Virus record (IMG/VR): IMGVR_UViG_2706795941_000001
Coordinates: 1-64,000 of that record
Direction: 5' to 3' (one strand)
Length of the DNA: 64,000 nucleotides
DNA from: a virus
Lineage: Duplodnaviria; Caudoviricetes
A program made the position numbers and the translations under genes. Below are positions 44,226-53,450 of this stretch, one piece after another (within the stretch, counting starts at the first letter, position 1; every line of letters begins with the position of its first letter). Below the pieces are notes generated by a model. It saw nothing but the letters and a program-made list of their open reading frames with translations. It ran no database searches and was not told the origin of the DNA.

Positions 44226-44678
44226 CTACTCCTCGCTTTCGGGGAGCCGGGGCGGGGCCGGAGGTGTCACCTTCTCCGCAGATGCAGGCGTCTCCGACAC
44301 GGTCGGCGCAGGGGAACTCGGGATCGGCTCCGTCTGCAGCGGCTCGTTCTTCATCCGAGCTACCACTTCCAGCGGGTCCGTCGGTTCCGTCGTCCCGTCC
44401 GGCGAGAGTTCGACAGATTCCGGTACACCTAAAGGGGTCCGGCCTCCGGCAGACTGTCGCTGCATTTCCGCCTCGAATCCAGTCTTCGCCGGGCCGGCGG
44501 CTGCCACAACTTCGGCAGCCCTCTGCTCGGCTTCGCGCGCCGCCTTCGCCTGGGTGGCGAACTCGGTCTGGAATGCGGTCGGAACTTGGGGTGCAGCAGG
44601 CCCAGCAGTCGGGGGGATGGTCCGAAAGTCAACATCGAGGTTGTCTTTGATACCACTGATGGGGTGCTTGTGTTCCAT
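44226..44678 (-). CDS. Pro/Ala-rich hypothetical protein
   Basis: AGGAG RBS and codon bias. Confidence 0.7.
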   Translation of the reverse strand: MEHKHPISGIKDNLDVDFRTIPPTAGPAAPQVPTAFQTEFATQAKAAREAEQRAAEVVAAAGPAKTGFEAEMQRQSAGGRTPLGVPESVELSPDGTTEPTDPLEVVARMKNEPLQTEPIPSSPAPTVSETPASAEKVTPPAPPRLPESEE

Positions 44679-44764
44679 TGTGAGTGTTCTCCTAAGGTGT
44701 GTAGGGGGATACCGTGGTGCTATCCTAGCATGGGCTTGTCACCCGCGCTAGATGGGGCTTTCGT

Positions 44765-44878
44765 CTACTCTTTCTTCTCCTTGTCCTTGAACTTGCGCAC
44801 CGAGTCGAGGATTAGGTCCACCATCAGTGCAACACCTGCCATGAGTATGAGTATCTGGAACATCAGTGACCAGCTCAT
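44765..44878 (-). CDS. 37-aa single-TM microprotein (not in ORF track)
   Basis: ATGA overlap with the MTase stop. MSWSLMFQILILMAGVALMVDLILDSVRKFKDKEKKE. Confidence 0.65.
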   Translation of the reverse strand: MSWSLMFQILILMAGVALMVDLILDSVRKFKDKEKKE

Positions 44879-45591
44879 TCGTCCCACAGGCTCCCTTCCT
44901 GCTCCTCCAACTTCTTCTTTGACTTCTCGAACCGCTCGGGATCGAGTTCAATTGCAACGGCGTTGCGTCCTGCGTTGCGCGCGGCCCGGACAAGGCTGCC
45001 CGAGCCACCAAAGGGGTCGACGATGAACTCACCGGGCTGCGTGGAGTGCTTGATCAGGATTTCAAGCAGTCCCTCCGGCTTCTCGTGGGGATGGATCAGC
45101 TTGTTGGGCCGCAGCTGGGGGAAGTGGATCACTCCGTTGCGCCGTTTGGAGTGAATCGGCACCCGACCCTTCTTCAGGAAGATGATGAACTCGTGGCCCT
45201 GGCCCCAAGAATCGAGATCCCCCATACCTGGTCCGTCTTTTTCCCAGACAAGGACAGCCTTGCGCTCAAAACCGTGCCGGGCACCCAGCTCATCGAGAGC
45301 CGAAAGCCATTCCTTGAGGACTTGATACGCGGTGAAGACATAAAGGTCGCAGTCATCTGCCGTCTTAGGCAGGAGCACGTCCATGACTTCGTTGAAGAGC
45401 TTGAGGGCAACTTCAGGAGACTCGTCATTCTTGATCTTAGTGGCATGCTTCTTGCCGGCCTCCGTCTTTGCCATGTTCGACTGATTGTCAACCCCGAAGG
45501 GCGGGTCGGTGATGATGCAGTTGACCCGCCCCGGCTTGAACTTCTGGCACAGTTCGACAGAATCTCCAAGCCACATCTCATGTATCTTCAT
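44875..45591 (-). CDS. Orphan DNA methyltransferase (N4C/N6A, beta class)
   Basis: TDPPF (motif IV) precedes HPHEKP and DPFGGSGS (motif I). Confidence 0.9.
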   Translation of the reverse strand: MKIHEMWLGDSVELCQKFKPGRVNCIITDPPFGVDNQSNMAKTEAGKKHATKIKNDESPEVALKLFNEVMDVLLPKTADDCDLYVFTAYQVLKEWLSALDELGARHGFERKAVLVWEKDGPGMGDLDSWGQGHEFIIFLKKGRVPIHSKRRNGVIHFPQLRPNKLIHPHEKPEGLLEILIKHSTQPGEFIVDPFGGSGSLVRAARNAGRNAVAIELDPERFEKSKKKLEEQEGSLWDE

Positions 45592-45592
45592 A

Positions 45593-46429
45593 TCACCCCT
45601 CGATCAGCTCGAGCTCGGCCTTGATGGTGTTGGCGATATACCTGGGCACAGTCACGCCTGGCTTGATCTCGTAGTTCACGTAGTGTCCGTGGACTCCGGT
45701 GCGCAGGTAGAAGGCCACCGCCTGCCCGGTGAGGTCTGCCCGCCGACGGAACTCGAAGAAGCCCCGGATGCCGGGGAACTTCTTGCGAATGTCGTCGTAC
45801 AGACCACGATCTGCGTGGTACTTGGACATGGCGAATGCCACCCACTGGTCGGGCCGACCGATCCAGAACTTGATCAGGTACGGCGCGAGCTCTGGCAACA
45901 GTGAATCCGTCTTGACTGTGGTGGCTATGAGGTCACCACGGATTGCGAACTGGTGGACTCGATCCTCGACCGTGCCCCACGAACCTCGCCCGCCGAGGAT
46001 ACCTTCTCCGGCGATCGGTCCGCCGACTCGATCGCGTCCATCTCGACGAGGATCGGACAGTCCGAAGTACCCAATGAACTTCTTTCCGTCCAGTGGGAGG
46101 GTGCCGAGCCCGATCTCCTGAGCGATGTTGCCTGCGATCCAGGCACCCTGCGAGTACCCGACGAGTGCGAACGCTGCACCGGGGGGCAGTGCGGCGATTG
46201 CATGCTGGAGTTTGGTCTCGCCATCCTTGACGCTGTCCACGGCGGCGGCTTCACCACCGAAGCGGGCGAGGTACCCGATCGACCTGCAGTAGATTCGGTA
46301 GCCGTTGTAAGCGCCCGGCAGCTGATCGACCACCTGCTTGAGTAGACCCTCGGGTTCGCGCAGGCTGTTGGACGACTGCGTTTCCCAGGTGCCCGGCACC
46401 AGGATGACATAGAGAATCTTGTCGGCCAC
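45593..46429 (-). CDS. Lysin B-like cutinase/serine esterase
   Basis: VPGTWE, GYSQGA nucleophile elbow, GLSDPRR and GDLI motifs. Confidence 0.8.
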   Translation of the reverse strand: MADKILYVILVPGTWETQSSNSLREPEGLLKQVVDQLPGAYNGYRIYCRSIGYLARFGGEAAAVDSVKDGETKLQHAIAALPPGAAFALVGYSQGAWIAGNIAQEIGLGTLPLDGKKFIGYFGLSDPRRDGRDRVGGPIAGEGILGGRGSWGTVEDRVHQFAIRGDLIATTVKTDSLLPELAPYLIKFWIGRPDQWVAFAMSKYHADRGLYDDIRKKFPGIRGFFEFRRRADLTGQAVAFYLRTGVHGHYVNYEIKPGVTVPRYIANTIKAELELIEG

Positions 46430-46430
46430 G

Positions 46431-46925
46431 TCAGTACTTCTTTCCGTGCATATAGGGGCGGGTGAAGTTGTACCTGATCTTGCGGATCAAGGCCTGCCCG
46501 AGCTGGCGGTCCTTGATCCGCGCGCGGGACGAGTCCGAGATCCTCACGATCGTATCTGCGAACTCGGCAGCCGCACCCTCGGGCTTGCGAAGCACGAGGT
46601 CCTCGGGGTCGGTGCCGTTGGCTGCGATGGGCAAGCGGAAGATCTCGTCGGTACCCTTGATCGAGTACCACAGAACCGGGCGACCGGCGCGGTCCTCTTC
46701 GAGCGCCTCGCTGACCTCGCTGTGGATGAGCGCGATCTCCTCGCCGAACGAGCGTCCACTCTCGTGGAATCCGTGCGACTCGGTGATTCGCCAGCAGGCT
46801 TCCTCGAGTACCGCCATTGCGTCGATGATCAGCTGCTCACCGTCGTCGGTGAGTTGACCGTCCTCGAGAACGAAGGCTTCCATCTCCTTCGCGGTCGGCG
46901 GCTGGGGTACGTACTTGGGGTCCAT
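46431..46925 (-). CDS. MazG-like nucleotide pyrophosphohydrolase
   Basis: IALIHSEVSEALEEDR...EFADTIVRISD. Confidence 0.8.
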   Translation of the reverse strand: MDPKYVPQPPTAKEMEAFVLEDGQLTDDGEQLIIDAMAVLEEACWRITESHGFHESGRSFGEEIALIHSEVSEALEEDRAGRPVLWYSIKGTDEIFRLPIAANGTDPEDLVLRKPEGAAAEFADTIVRISDSSRARIKDRQLGQALIRKIRYNFTRPYMHGKKY

Positions 46926-47399
46926 CTACTTGCTCCTTTTACTCTGACCGGAGGGTCCGGTCGGGGGTTTGCGGGACTGGGCCCTCTTCATTATTCCGCG
47001 CTCTTTCCATTTGCGCATGTAGGGCGAGTCTTGTCCACTTGTTGTGCCGTCCCGGCGACGCAAGACCTTCCACTGCTTCGCGGAATTGAGGCGGGGTCTG
47101 TAGAGGATGGGATCTTTTCTGTCCATCCGTCTGCAGCGAAACCGCTGCCTACGGGTTGCATTGTCGTACCGAATCCACCTGTTGTTGCTGGAGATCCAGA
47201 GTTCCCAGCATTCGTCACACCTCCACACCGACCCCTCCCCCTCGGCGGGGTAGTCAACCACGCCTTCGCCCTTGTTGAGCCAGTCTGGACGCAGCGTGAG
47301 AATGCCCTCACGCGCCTGGCGCAGTATTTCGGGGTCTTGGGGTGGCCTGCAGTCGTGACGGGGTGGCTTGGGTGGCGGCGAAGTCAGTACAACCATCAT
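46926..47399 (-). CDS. Hypothetical protein (CxxC-containing)
   Basis: ATGA-coupled. C...WRCDEC motif. Confidence 0.65.
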   Translation of the reverse strand: MMVVLTSPPPKPPRHDCRPPQDPEILRQAREGILTLRPDWLNKGEGVVDYPAEGEGSVWRCDECWELWISSNNRWIRYDNATRRQRFRCRRMDRKDPILYRPRLNSAKQWKVLRRRDGTTSGQDSPYMRKWKERGIMKRAQSRKPPTGPSGQSKRSK

Positions 47400-47932
47400 G
47401 GCTCCCAGGTGTTGTCGATGATCTCGGGTTGCAGGAACTCTTGGAACACCCGCTTAAGTTCTTCCTGTGCAGGATCACCAAGCGGCGGGTCCAGTTCGTA
47501 GGTCTCCAGCTGTGACCACACCTCGATGATCACGTACGGCACAGTCGATACCATCTGCGGCCCGGCGAGCCGCCCGCCAACGTCGATCACGTCCCGATCG
47601 TTGCCGATTGCTACCCCCTGTAGGGCATCCTCCGTGGCTTTCTGCATGTTTGTGGTGTCGGCGACGTGTGACGTTGAAGTAGACGTCCGATTGACTGCGA
47701 TCTCCAGTTGTCGGCTGAAGGTGAACCGCAACCTGTACATGCCCGGCTCGACCTGAACGTCCCGAGCTTGCAGTTCGGCGCGAACAGCGTCCTGGTAGGC
47801 CTTGAGGGTCTTGTTGGGACTGTACTTGGGCCAGTACTTCTTGGTCTTGGGATTGAAGATCATGGTCGGCTTGCCCATTGCCCAGGGTTCTGGGTTAAGA
47901 CCGATACCCCAGACCCGATAAGTCGGGGTCAT
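47396..47932 (-). CDS. rusA: RusA-like Holliday junction resolvase
   Basis: DTTNMQKATEDALQG...NDRDV catalytic pattern. Confidence 0.8.
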   Translation of the reverse strand: MTPTYRVWGIGLNPEPWAMGKPTMIFNPKTKKYWPKYSPNKTLKAYQDAVRAELQARDVQVEPGMYRLRFTFSRQLEIAVNRTSTSTSHVADTTNMQKATEDALQGVAIGNDRDVIDVGGRLAGPQMVSTVPYVIIEVWSQLETYELDPPLGDPAQEELKRVFQEFLQPEIIDNTWEP

Positions 47933-48297
47933 TCGGGCACCTGACTTCCCCAGGTGTACGCACGCTCGAGCTTGGTGTCCTCGTGGATACGATATACCTT
48001 GAACTTGAGGTGATGTGCGACATGCAGTTCGAGCCGGGCGCCCCGCGACTTGGTCCAGCCAGGCATGAGCGCGATCCGCTCGCACAGGAGCAGGCCGTTG
48101 CGCAGATCGTTGCGCAGATACTCGTGCCACTCGAGGCGACCGATGTGCTCGGGGTTCTCCTCGTGCATCTTACGGGTGAGATCGGCCGGACTGTGGACCT
48201 CATAGCCCCGATCCCGAAGTGCCTTGGAGTACCGATCAAACTCGGGGATATTGTAGTTCTCTATCCCAGACATCGGACCTGCAAGATAGATGTTCAC
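47929..48297 (-). CDS. DUF4406 / nucleoside 2-deoxyribosyltransferase-like protein
   Basis: IYLAGPMSG...SPA...LMPGW.KSRGARLE. Confidence 0.75.
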   Translation of the reverse strand: MNIYLAGPMSGIENYNIPEFDRYSKALRDRGYEVHSPADLTRKMHEENPEHIGRLEWHEYLRNDLRNGLLLCERIALMPGWTKSRGARLELHVAHHLKFKVYRIHEDTKLERAYTWGSQVPE

Positions 48298-48452
48298 TCG
48301 GAATACCTCGTCCATCTCGTAGTCGATCCGGTCTTGACTCCGGCTATGTAGGCCCTCACTGCCTTCCATCGGGAAGATCCGACATAAGTCGTATCCCATC
48401 CGGTACTCAACGGAAATTGAGTCCAGACCTGGACCAGAAACTTCGCGTTCAC
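48294..48452 (-). CDS. 52-aa hypothetical microprotein (not in ORF track)
   Basis: GTGA overlaps with both neighbouring genes. Confidence 0.55.
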   Translation of the reverse strand: MNAKFLVQVWTQFPLSTGWDTTYVGSSRWKAVRAYIAGVKTGSTTRWTRYSE

Positions 48453-49561
48453 GTAGTCCTCCTCGGCATGGCGATGGCCTCGTAGCCATCTTCACTCTGG
48501 AACTTAACGAATGTGCTCGGCTTGTCCTTGTTGTAGTGCATGATGACGCTTTTGCCGGGCGCATTCTGCACTGCACTCTTAAAGTACTCCGAGGAGAACT
48601 TGAACTTGACCGGCGGGTGCTCGCACTGATCCACCATGAAGATGGATTCTTCCACACCCTCGCCCGTGTCGGAGGATCGAACGGCAAAGATTGCCATCTC
48701 ATCGCCGATCTCCAGCTCCATGGCGACCTGACGATCGTCGGTGCCCGCTGAGCACACACGCTCCACAATCTCCACGATGTACTGCTTGTTCTCGAAGACG
48801 AGAATGTTGGGGAACTCGCGGGCGAACACCGAGTCGACGTTCTTGTAGGCGTCATCATAGAGTACGCACTTGATGTGCACATCTTCCGACGGCGCGATCA
48901 GCAGGTACGAGTCCTCGACACCCACCTTGACCTCGTCAAAGTTCCGCAGCACCGGGCCGAGCAGACGAACCGGCACCACGATGTTCTCGTGGTCAGATTC
49001 AGACAGGTCGATCTTGATTGGCATGGTGGCCAGCGTGTAGTTGTTCGAGGCGACGAGCTTCTCCTCGTCGATGTACACGCCGGTGAGCGGCGGGTCATTC
49101 TTCTTGGAGCACGACCAGGCCACCGCATCCACGAGCTTGCCGAAGTTCTCCACCACCGGCAGGTCGGTGTCATCGAAGTCGTTCCACTCGGGGAACGCTT
49201 CGTGCGAGACGAGAGGCAGCGTGGCCTTCATAGAGCCGCTCGTCATGGACAGCTGGGTTGACTGCTCGTCACTGAGCACCAGCTTCGACCCCATCCTGGA
49301 CGGCAGACGGGCCGTCAGGTTGAACATGAACTTGCTGGACACCCGCCAGGTGCAGGGCGGTCCTTCTGACTTGACGGGATACAGCGTCTCCATGTAGAAA
49401 ACATCTCCGTCCGTGCAGCGCAAGGTCACGTACTCGCCGTCGAACTCGAATACGAAGCCGTGGAAGTCCATGAATCGGCCGCTCTTGGTGGGAGCCACCG
49501 AGCTAGCCTTCTTGATGGCGTCGGCGAAGGCCGAGTTCTCAAACTCGATTGTCGTTGTCAC
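48449..49561 (-). CDS. dnaN: DNA polymerase III sliding clamp (beta)-like
   Basis: 370 aa, three-domain pattern: LRCTDG, FPEW, PPLTGVYI...ASNNYTLA, FSSEYF..AV. Confidence 0.8.
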   Translation of the reverse strand: MTTTIEFENSAFADAIKKASSVAPTKSGRFMDFHGFVFEFDGEYVTLRCTDGDVFYMETLYPVKSEGPPCTWRVSSKFMFNLTARLPSRMGSKLVLSDEQSTQLSMTSGSMKATLPLVSHEAFPEWNDFDDTDLPVVENFGKLVDAVAWSCSKKNDPPLTGVYIDEEKLVASNNYTLATMPIKIDLSESDHENIVVPVRLLGPVLRNFDEVKVGVEDSYLLIAPSEDVHIKCVLYDDAYKNVDSVFAREFPNILVFENKQYIVEIVERVCSAGTDDRQVAMELEIGDEMAIFAVRSSDTGEGVEESIFMVDQCEHPPVKFKFSSEYFKSAVQNAPGKSVIMHYNKDKPSTFVKFQSEDGYEAIAMPRRTT

Positions 49562-49796
49562 TGGTCTCCTTCGCTTGTTCGGCGTTTCTGGTGCGCAGCT
49601 TTACGCAGGCGATAAACAGATCGCGCGCGAGTTCGGGGTGAGTGTCCTTTACTGCCGTGGCGTAGGCGTGCAGTGCGCTCGGCGTGGCCGGGTCGGACTC
49701 CTCGAGGACGAAGCACCAGCCCATTGGCTTGCCGTCGATCCTGGATACGAAGTACTTCGCAAGGAGTCCGTCCCGGCTCGGATCTTTGGCGGGCAC
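49539..49796 (-). CDS. Hypothetical protein
   Basis: KY.VSR.DGKP...FVL..SDP...AL..YA motif. Operon-packed. Confidence 0.65.
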   Translation of the reverse strand: MPAKDPSRDGLLAKYFVSRIDGKPMGWCFVLEESDPATPSALHAYATAVKDTHPELARDLFIACVKLRTRNAEQAKETSDNDNRV

Positions 49797-50446
49797 TACT
49801 CGCCGATCACCAGTTGACGCAGGTCGGCGGGGTGCGGCGACTCGAGTGTGATTGCCCGCGCCTCGGCTGCCACCTTGTACACCCACTTGTCGATACGACG
49901 CTGCAGGTCGATCGAGAAGAAGATGTCGCTGATGACGTCGTGATTGCCCTTGGCTTCCTTGCTGGGGTCACCCTCGATAGCGCCGGTGAGTGTGGGGTAG
50001 TGGTACTTGATGAACTCCATCTGTGATGACGAGTCCACGCACCGGTGGCTGAACAGTCCGTTGAGTTCGGGCATGTGAGCGGCCAAGAAGCCGCGGTCGA
50101 AGTGCACCGAGCTGCCGTACACCGGCACCTTGCCCAGGTTCCATGCCTTGACTACCTCAACAGCACGTTCCTCGACCTTGTCGGGTGTGAAGAATCCGGG
50201 CGAGTCGGCCTCGGCGTTGACCAGCTTGGCGAGCAGGCCCGAGCCGTCGGGTCCGTGCATCTCCTTGATCACGTCGTCGAGTGTGCCGGCCTGAATCTGC
50301 AGGATCACGGTGGGAGAAACCACCAGCGAGTGGAACATGTCCACCACTGTGTAGTTCTCGACCAGGGCGATGCCGACCTCGGTGATGTGGTGGAAGGTGG
50401 GGATCAAGCCGGTGGTCTCGAGGTCGATGTAAACGGACTGTGTCAT
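49796..50446 (-). CDS. DEDDh 3'-5' exonuclease, oligoribonuclease-like
   Basis: IDLETTGL, GSSVHFDRGFL..HMP, HRCVDSS and H...SDI..SI motifs. Confidence 0.8.
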   Translation of the reverse strand: MTQSVYIDLETTGLIPTFHHITEVGIALVENYTVVDMFHSLVVSPTVILQIQAGTLDDVIKEMHGPDGSGLLAKLVNAEADSPGFFTPDKVEERAVEVVKAWNLGKVPVYGSSVHFDRGFLAAHMPELNGLFSHRCVDSSSQMEFIKYHYPTLTGAIEGDPSKEAKGNHDVISDIFFSIDLQRRIDKWVYKVAAEARAITLESPHPADLRQLVIGE

Positions 50447-50631
50447 TTGTTGTACTCCTTCTTGAAGTAAGCGTGAACGTCGGCGCGGGGTATGAGCCAG
50501 TTCCTTCCCGGTCTGATTGCACCTGGATATACCCCATTACGCAGGTGCTTCCTGATTGTCCAGTCGGTGACCCGAAGCAGCTTAGCTGCCTCCTGCACTG
50601 TCAAGTACTCGGGCTTTTCCTCGGTTGCCAC
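50443..50631 (-). CDS. Excisionase/MerR-like HTH DNA-binding protein
   Basis: YLTVQEAAKLLRV..WTIRK...G...A.R.GRNWLIPR. Confidence 0.8.
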   Translation of the reverse strand: MATEEKPEYLTVQEAAKLLRVTDWTIRKHLRNGVYPGAIRPGRNWLIPRADVHAYFKKEYNK

Positions 50632-50833
50632 GGTTAGCCTTTCTGTACTCGTGGATTGATTGGTCCTCGTCGGACACCTCGTCGATGTAGTTGATACAAC
50701 TGGTGTAGTGATACCAACACAGGCGGACGACCTTCCGGGTCGCAGGGGATGGGTAGTTGTTCCACTCAAGATCGAGTTCGACCTCGTGAATCTCTTCTCC
50801 ACCACTGCGGTAATTCTGTGCATGCACAGGCAC
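50582..50833 (-). CDS. Hypothetical protein (start uncertain, 50833 or 50896)
   Basis: Fills the gap in the operon. Confidence 0.4.
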   Translation of the reverse strand: MPVHAQNYRSGGEEIHEVELDLEWNNYPSPATRKVVRLCWYHYTSCINYIDEVSDEDQSIHEYRKANRGNRGKARVLDSAGGS

Positions 50834-50837
50834 TGCG

Positions 50838-51077
50838 TTAGCCCGAGGGGTGTGAGGCCACTGGCACCATCCCTGGATGCACCCGTTTGTCTCCATCACC
50901 CTCCTTGCATACTCGTTCGTGCCATTCATCAGGGCTGAACAGCTTGCCGTCGTGCGTGGTCGGCGAGCCACAGCCGGGGCACCGATGCAAGTCGTAGTCG
51001 CACCGATCGCAGCACTGATAGCAGCCACCCTCGCGTGCGTGCGCTTGAGGATCACAGTCCTCGGTGGGTAGATTCAC
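50838..51077 (-). CDS. Cys-rich Zn-binding microprotein
   Basis: GTGA overlap with the helicase stop. CCDRC...CPGC...H motif. Confidence 0.6.
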   Translation of the reverse strand: MNLPTEDCDPQAHAREGGCYQCCDRCDYDLHRCPGCGSPTTHDGKLFSPDEWHERVCKEGDGDKRVHPGMVPVASHPSG

Positions 51078-52780
51078 AGCGTCCCCTCCATTGCTTCCTC
51101 GAGCTTCTGCATGAAGCCCTTCGACTTGGCGGCACCCTCGATGATGGCCTCGTTTGCGAAGTTCTTGTCTCGGATGATCGCCTCGACACGTGCCTCGCAA
51201 CTGTTACGCACGAAGTACTCCATCACAGTGATGGGCGTGCCGTGGCGCTCGGAACCAATGCGACGAAGGCGACCGACACCCTGCTCATTGAGGGCAGGGC
51301 TGAACTCCTTGTCGATGAACTGGCAGTACCGAGCCTCGGTCATGTTCAGTCCGACACCCATCGCCTTGATGATGCCGATGATGACAGCAGGTCCGTCCGT
51401 GTTGGCCCACTCCTTCACCACTTTCTGGCGCTTGTCCTTGCTGACGTCACCATGAATCTCGTAGATCGGCACATCAGAGTCAACCGCACGGAGGCGCTTG
51501 ATATACGAGGCGATGATCGGCCTGAACTGGCTGAACACCACGACCTTCTCGCCCGAGTCGATGAGCTGCTTGACGTCGTCGATAGCCAGGTCTAGCTTGG
51601 GGCTCTCGTCCGAGTCTGGCAGCAGTGTAGATGTGCCTGCACAGATCTGACGCAGCCGCAGGTTACGAACCATGGCATGCTTCTCGAGGATATTCTCGTG
51701 CGGTTCCTTCTCCTCGAGATAGATGAGGCCCCATGGATCGAGGTTACGCCACTGAACCAGGTGGTTGTACATCTCCTTCGGGAGACCCTCCAGGGAGACG
51801 TTGCGCTTGATGAAGTTGACCTCGGGTAGGTCCAGCACCTCGTCGATCTTGCGGCGCAGCATGACCTGCGAGAGCTTCGTACGCAACAGGTTCTCGTTCT
51901 TGATGGACACAACCTTGTGATCACCCTGCGGGGTGATCTTCACGAACTTACTCTTGAATGCTGCGAACGTTCCCCATTGTCCGGGAGTCACGATGTCGAG
52001 CAACGTCCACAAGTCGACGACCTGGTTCATCATCGGTGTGCCCGTGACGCAGAACTTGCGGGGTGCCACCAACTGCTTGGCGTTCTGGTACCGCTGAGAC
52101 GCTGGGTTCTTGATGTTGTGTGCCTCATCAAAGACCACCATGTCGATATCGAAGGCGTTGAGCTGTTGGATGTGGTCCTTGACCTGCTCGTAGTTCAGCA
52201 CCACGATCTTGTCGCCAGGCAGCGCACGAAACCGCTCTACCTGTGCGAAGCGCTCGACCACATTCGAGCCGGTCACCAGGCAGTGCTGCATGCCGGTGAA
52301 CTTCTCGATCTCCTCGGCCCAGTTAAGGCGCAACGAAGGGGGTACAACAGCGACCATGGTGCAGTCGCGGTCGGGGTTGATCTTCTTGACTCGCCAACAG
52401 TGCATGCCGAACACGGCGAGCATCTGAAGGGTCTTGCCCAGGCCCATCTCGTCACCGAGAATGGCACCCTTCTTGTCCTTCATCCACTTGACGCCGTCGA
52501 CTTGGTGCTGCTTGAAGACGATCGAGTCCTTGATCCAGGGTTCAAGGCTGCCCCGATTGCCGAGCTTCTGGGGCCGGCTCACTCGATTACCACTGATGGT
52601 GTTGTTGCGTACACGAGGGGCGATGTACTCATCGGGTGCTGCCTTCACTCTGGCTGGTGGCGTCTCCACCAGCTTGATGCGGGTGGGAGTTGGCTTTCGC
52701 TTTGATTCAGTTATGCGCTGCTGTTCGGCGGCTGAGCGCCGATCAAACTCAGCGCTAGCTTCCCTCAAAGCTTTGAACAA
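51074..52780 (-). CDS. SNF2-family (SF2) DNA helicase
   Basis: GDEMGLGKT, DEAH, TGTP, VVFSQF, GVGLN and GRLRRIG motifs. Confidence 0.9.
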   Translation of the reverse strand: MFKALREASAEFDRRSAAEQQRITESKRKPTPTRIKLVETPPARVKAAPDEYIAPRVRNNTISGNRVSRPQKLGNRGSLEPWIKDSIVFKQHQVDGVKWMKDKKGAILGDEMGLGKTLQMLAVFGMHCWRVKKINPDRDCTMVAVVPPSLRLNWAEEIEKFTGMQHCLVTGSNVVERFAQVERFRALPGDKIVVLNYEQVKDHIQQLNAFDIDMVVFDEAHNIKNPASQRYQNAKQLVAPRKFCVTGTPMMNQVVDLWTLLDIVTPGQWGTFAAFKSKFVKITPQGDHKVVSIKNENLLRTKLSQVMLRRKIDEVLDLPEVNFIKRNVSLEGLPKEMYNHLVQWRNLDPWGLIYLEEKEPHENILEKHAMVRNLRLRQICAGTSTLLPDSDESPKLDLAIDDVKQLIDSGEKVVVFSQFRPIIASYIKRLRAVDSDVPIYEIHGDVSKDKRQKVVKEWANTDGPAVIIGIIKAMGVGLNMTEARYCQFIDKEFSPALNEQGVGRLRRIGSERHGTPITVMEYFVRNSCEARVEAIIRDKNFANEAIIEGAAKSKGFMQKLEEAMEGTL

Positions 52781-52783
52781 ACC

Positions 52784-53365
52784 TTACCCCCATCGCTCCT
52801 TGTGCTGGCATCCGAGGCACCCGGCGAATCGGATCTCGGTCTCGATCCGATCCTCGATTGTCGAGTAGTTCTTTCCACACATCATGCACTTGAACCCCTT
52901 GGACTTGCCGCCGGGTGTGAAGTCCTGTTCAAGGTTGTACTCGGTCATGAGTACCGAGGGATCGTCGGGCTGTCCGACTTCGGGGTCAGGCTCCGGAGGG
53001 TTAGGGTCGATGCCCTCAAGCTTCGGCACCGGGTTGCTCCGGTCGAGCTCGTCACGCTCCTGAAGCTTGGCCCACTCTTCGTTGGCATCCTTGCCTTCGA
53101 CAGTGAGTCCCTGCAGGAATACCTGCGACCCGATTGTGAGGCCGGCCAGTTCGATCCGCACGTGCGGGTCCGAGGAGCGCTCGATCATGGTGCGCAGCGT
53201 GCGTGTCTGCTCGATGGTGAGCTCGGACAGGAAGTGTGCGAACTCGGATAGGAATGCCGAGTGTTCGCTCTCCATCTCGGCCGCGAGTTGCTGCTGCTTT
53301 TCGCGCTGCCACAGCAGGAAGGCAGCGTGGCCCTGCATTTCCTCGGGTAGTTCTTGTTCGCTCAT
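52784..53365 (-). CDS. Hypothetical protein with C-terminal Cys4 finger
   Basis: CMMC...CLGC. AAAGGGG RBS. Confidence 0.7.
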   Translation of the reverse strand: MSEQELPEEMQGHAAFLLWQREKQQQLAAEMESEHSAFLSEFAHFLSELTIEQTRTLRTMIERSSDPHVRIELAGLTIGSQVFLQGLTVEGKDANEEWAKLQERDELDRSNPVPKLEGIDPNPPEPDPEVGQPDDPSVLMTEYNLEQDFTPGGKSKGFKCMMCGKNYSTIEDRIETEIRFAGCLGCQHKERWG

Positions 53366-53383
53366 GTAATCCCCTTTCACTTA

Positions 53384-53431
53384 AAGGAGTGACCGGGAAC
53401 CTGCCCCTCGTCAGATTCCCGGTCACACTTT
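53384..53431 (-). terminator. Intrinsic terminator
   Basis: GTGACCGGGAA / TTCCCGGTCAC 11-bp stem followed by TCCTTT on the minus strand. Confidence 0.65.
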
Positions 53432-53450
53432 GTACCGTCAGATCAGCTGA

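Noticed and set aside
44875-44900. QEGSLW at the MTase C-terminus as a beta-clamp-binding motif
   Set aside because: The spacing deviates from QL[S/D]LF. Too short to support without a test.
50443-50631. Excisionase-like HTH as evidence of a temperate lifestyle
   Set aside because: No integrase, repressor cassette, parAB or att-like site is seen in the window. This HTH family is common in lytic phages.
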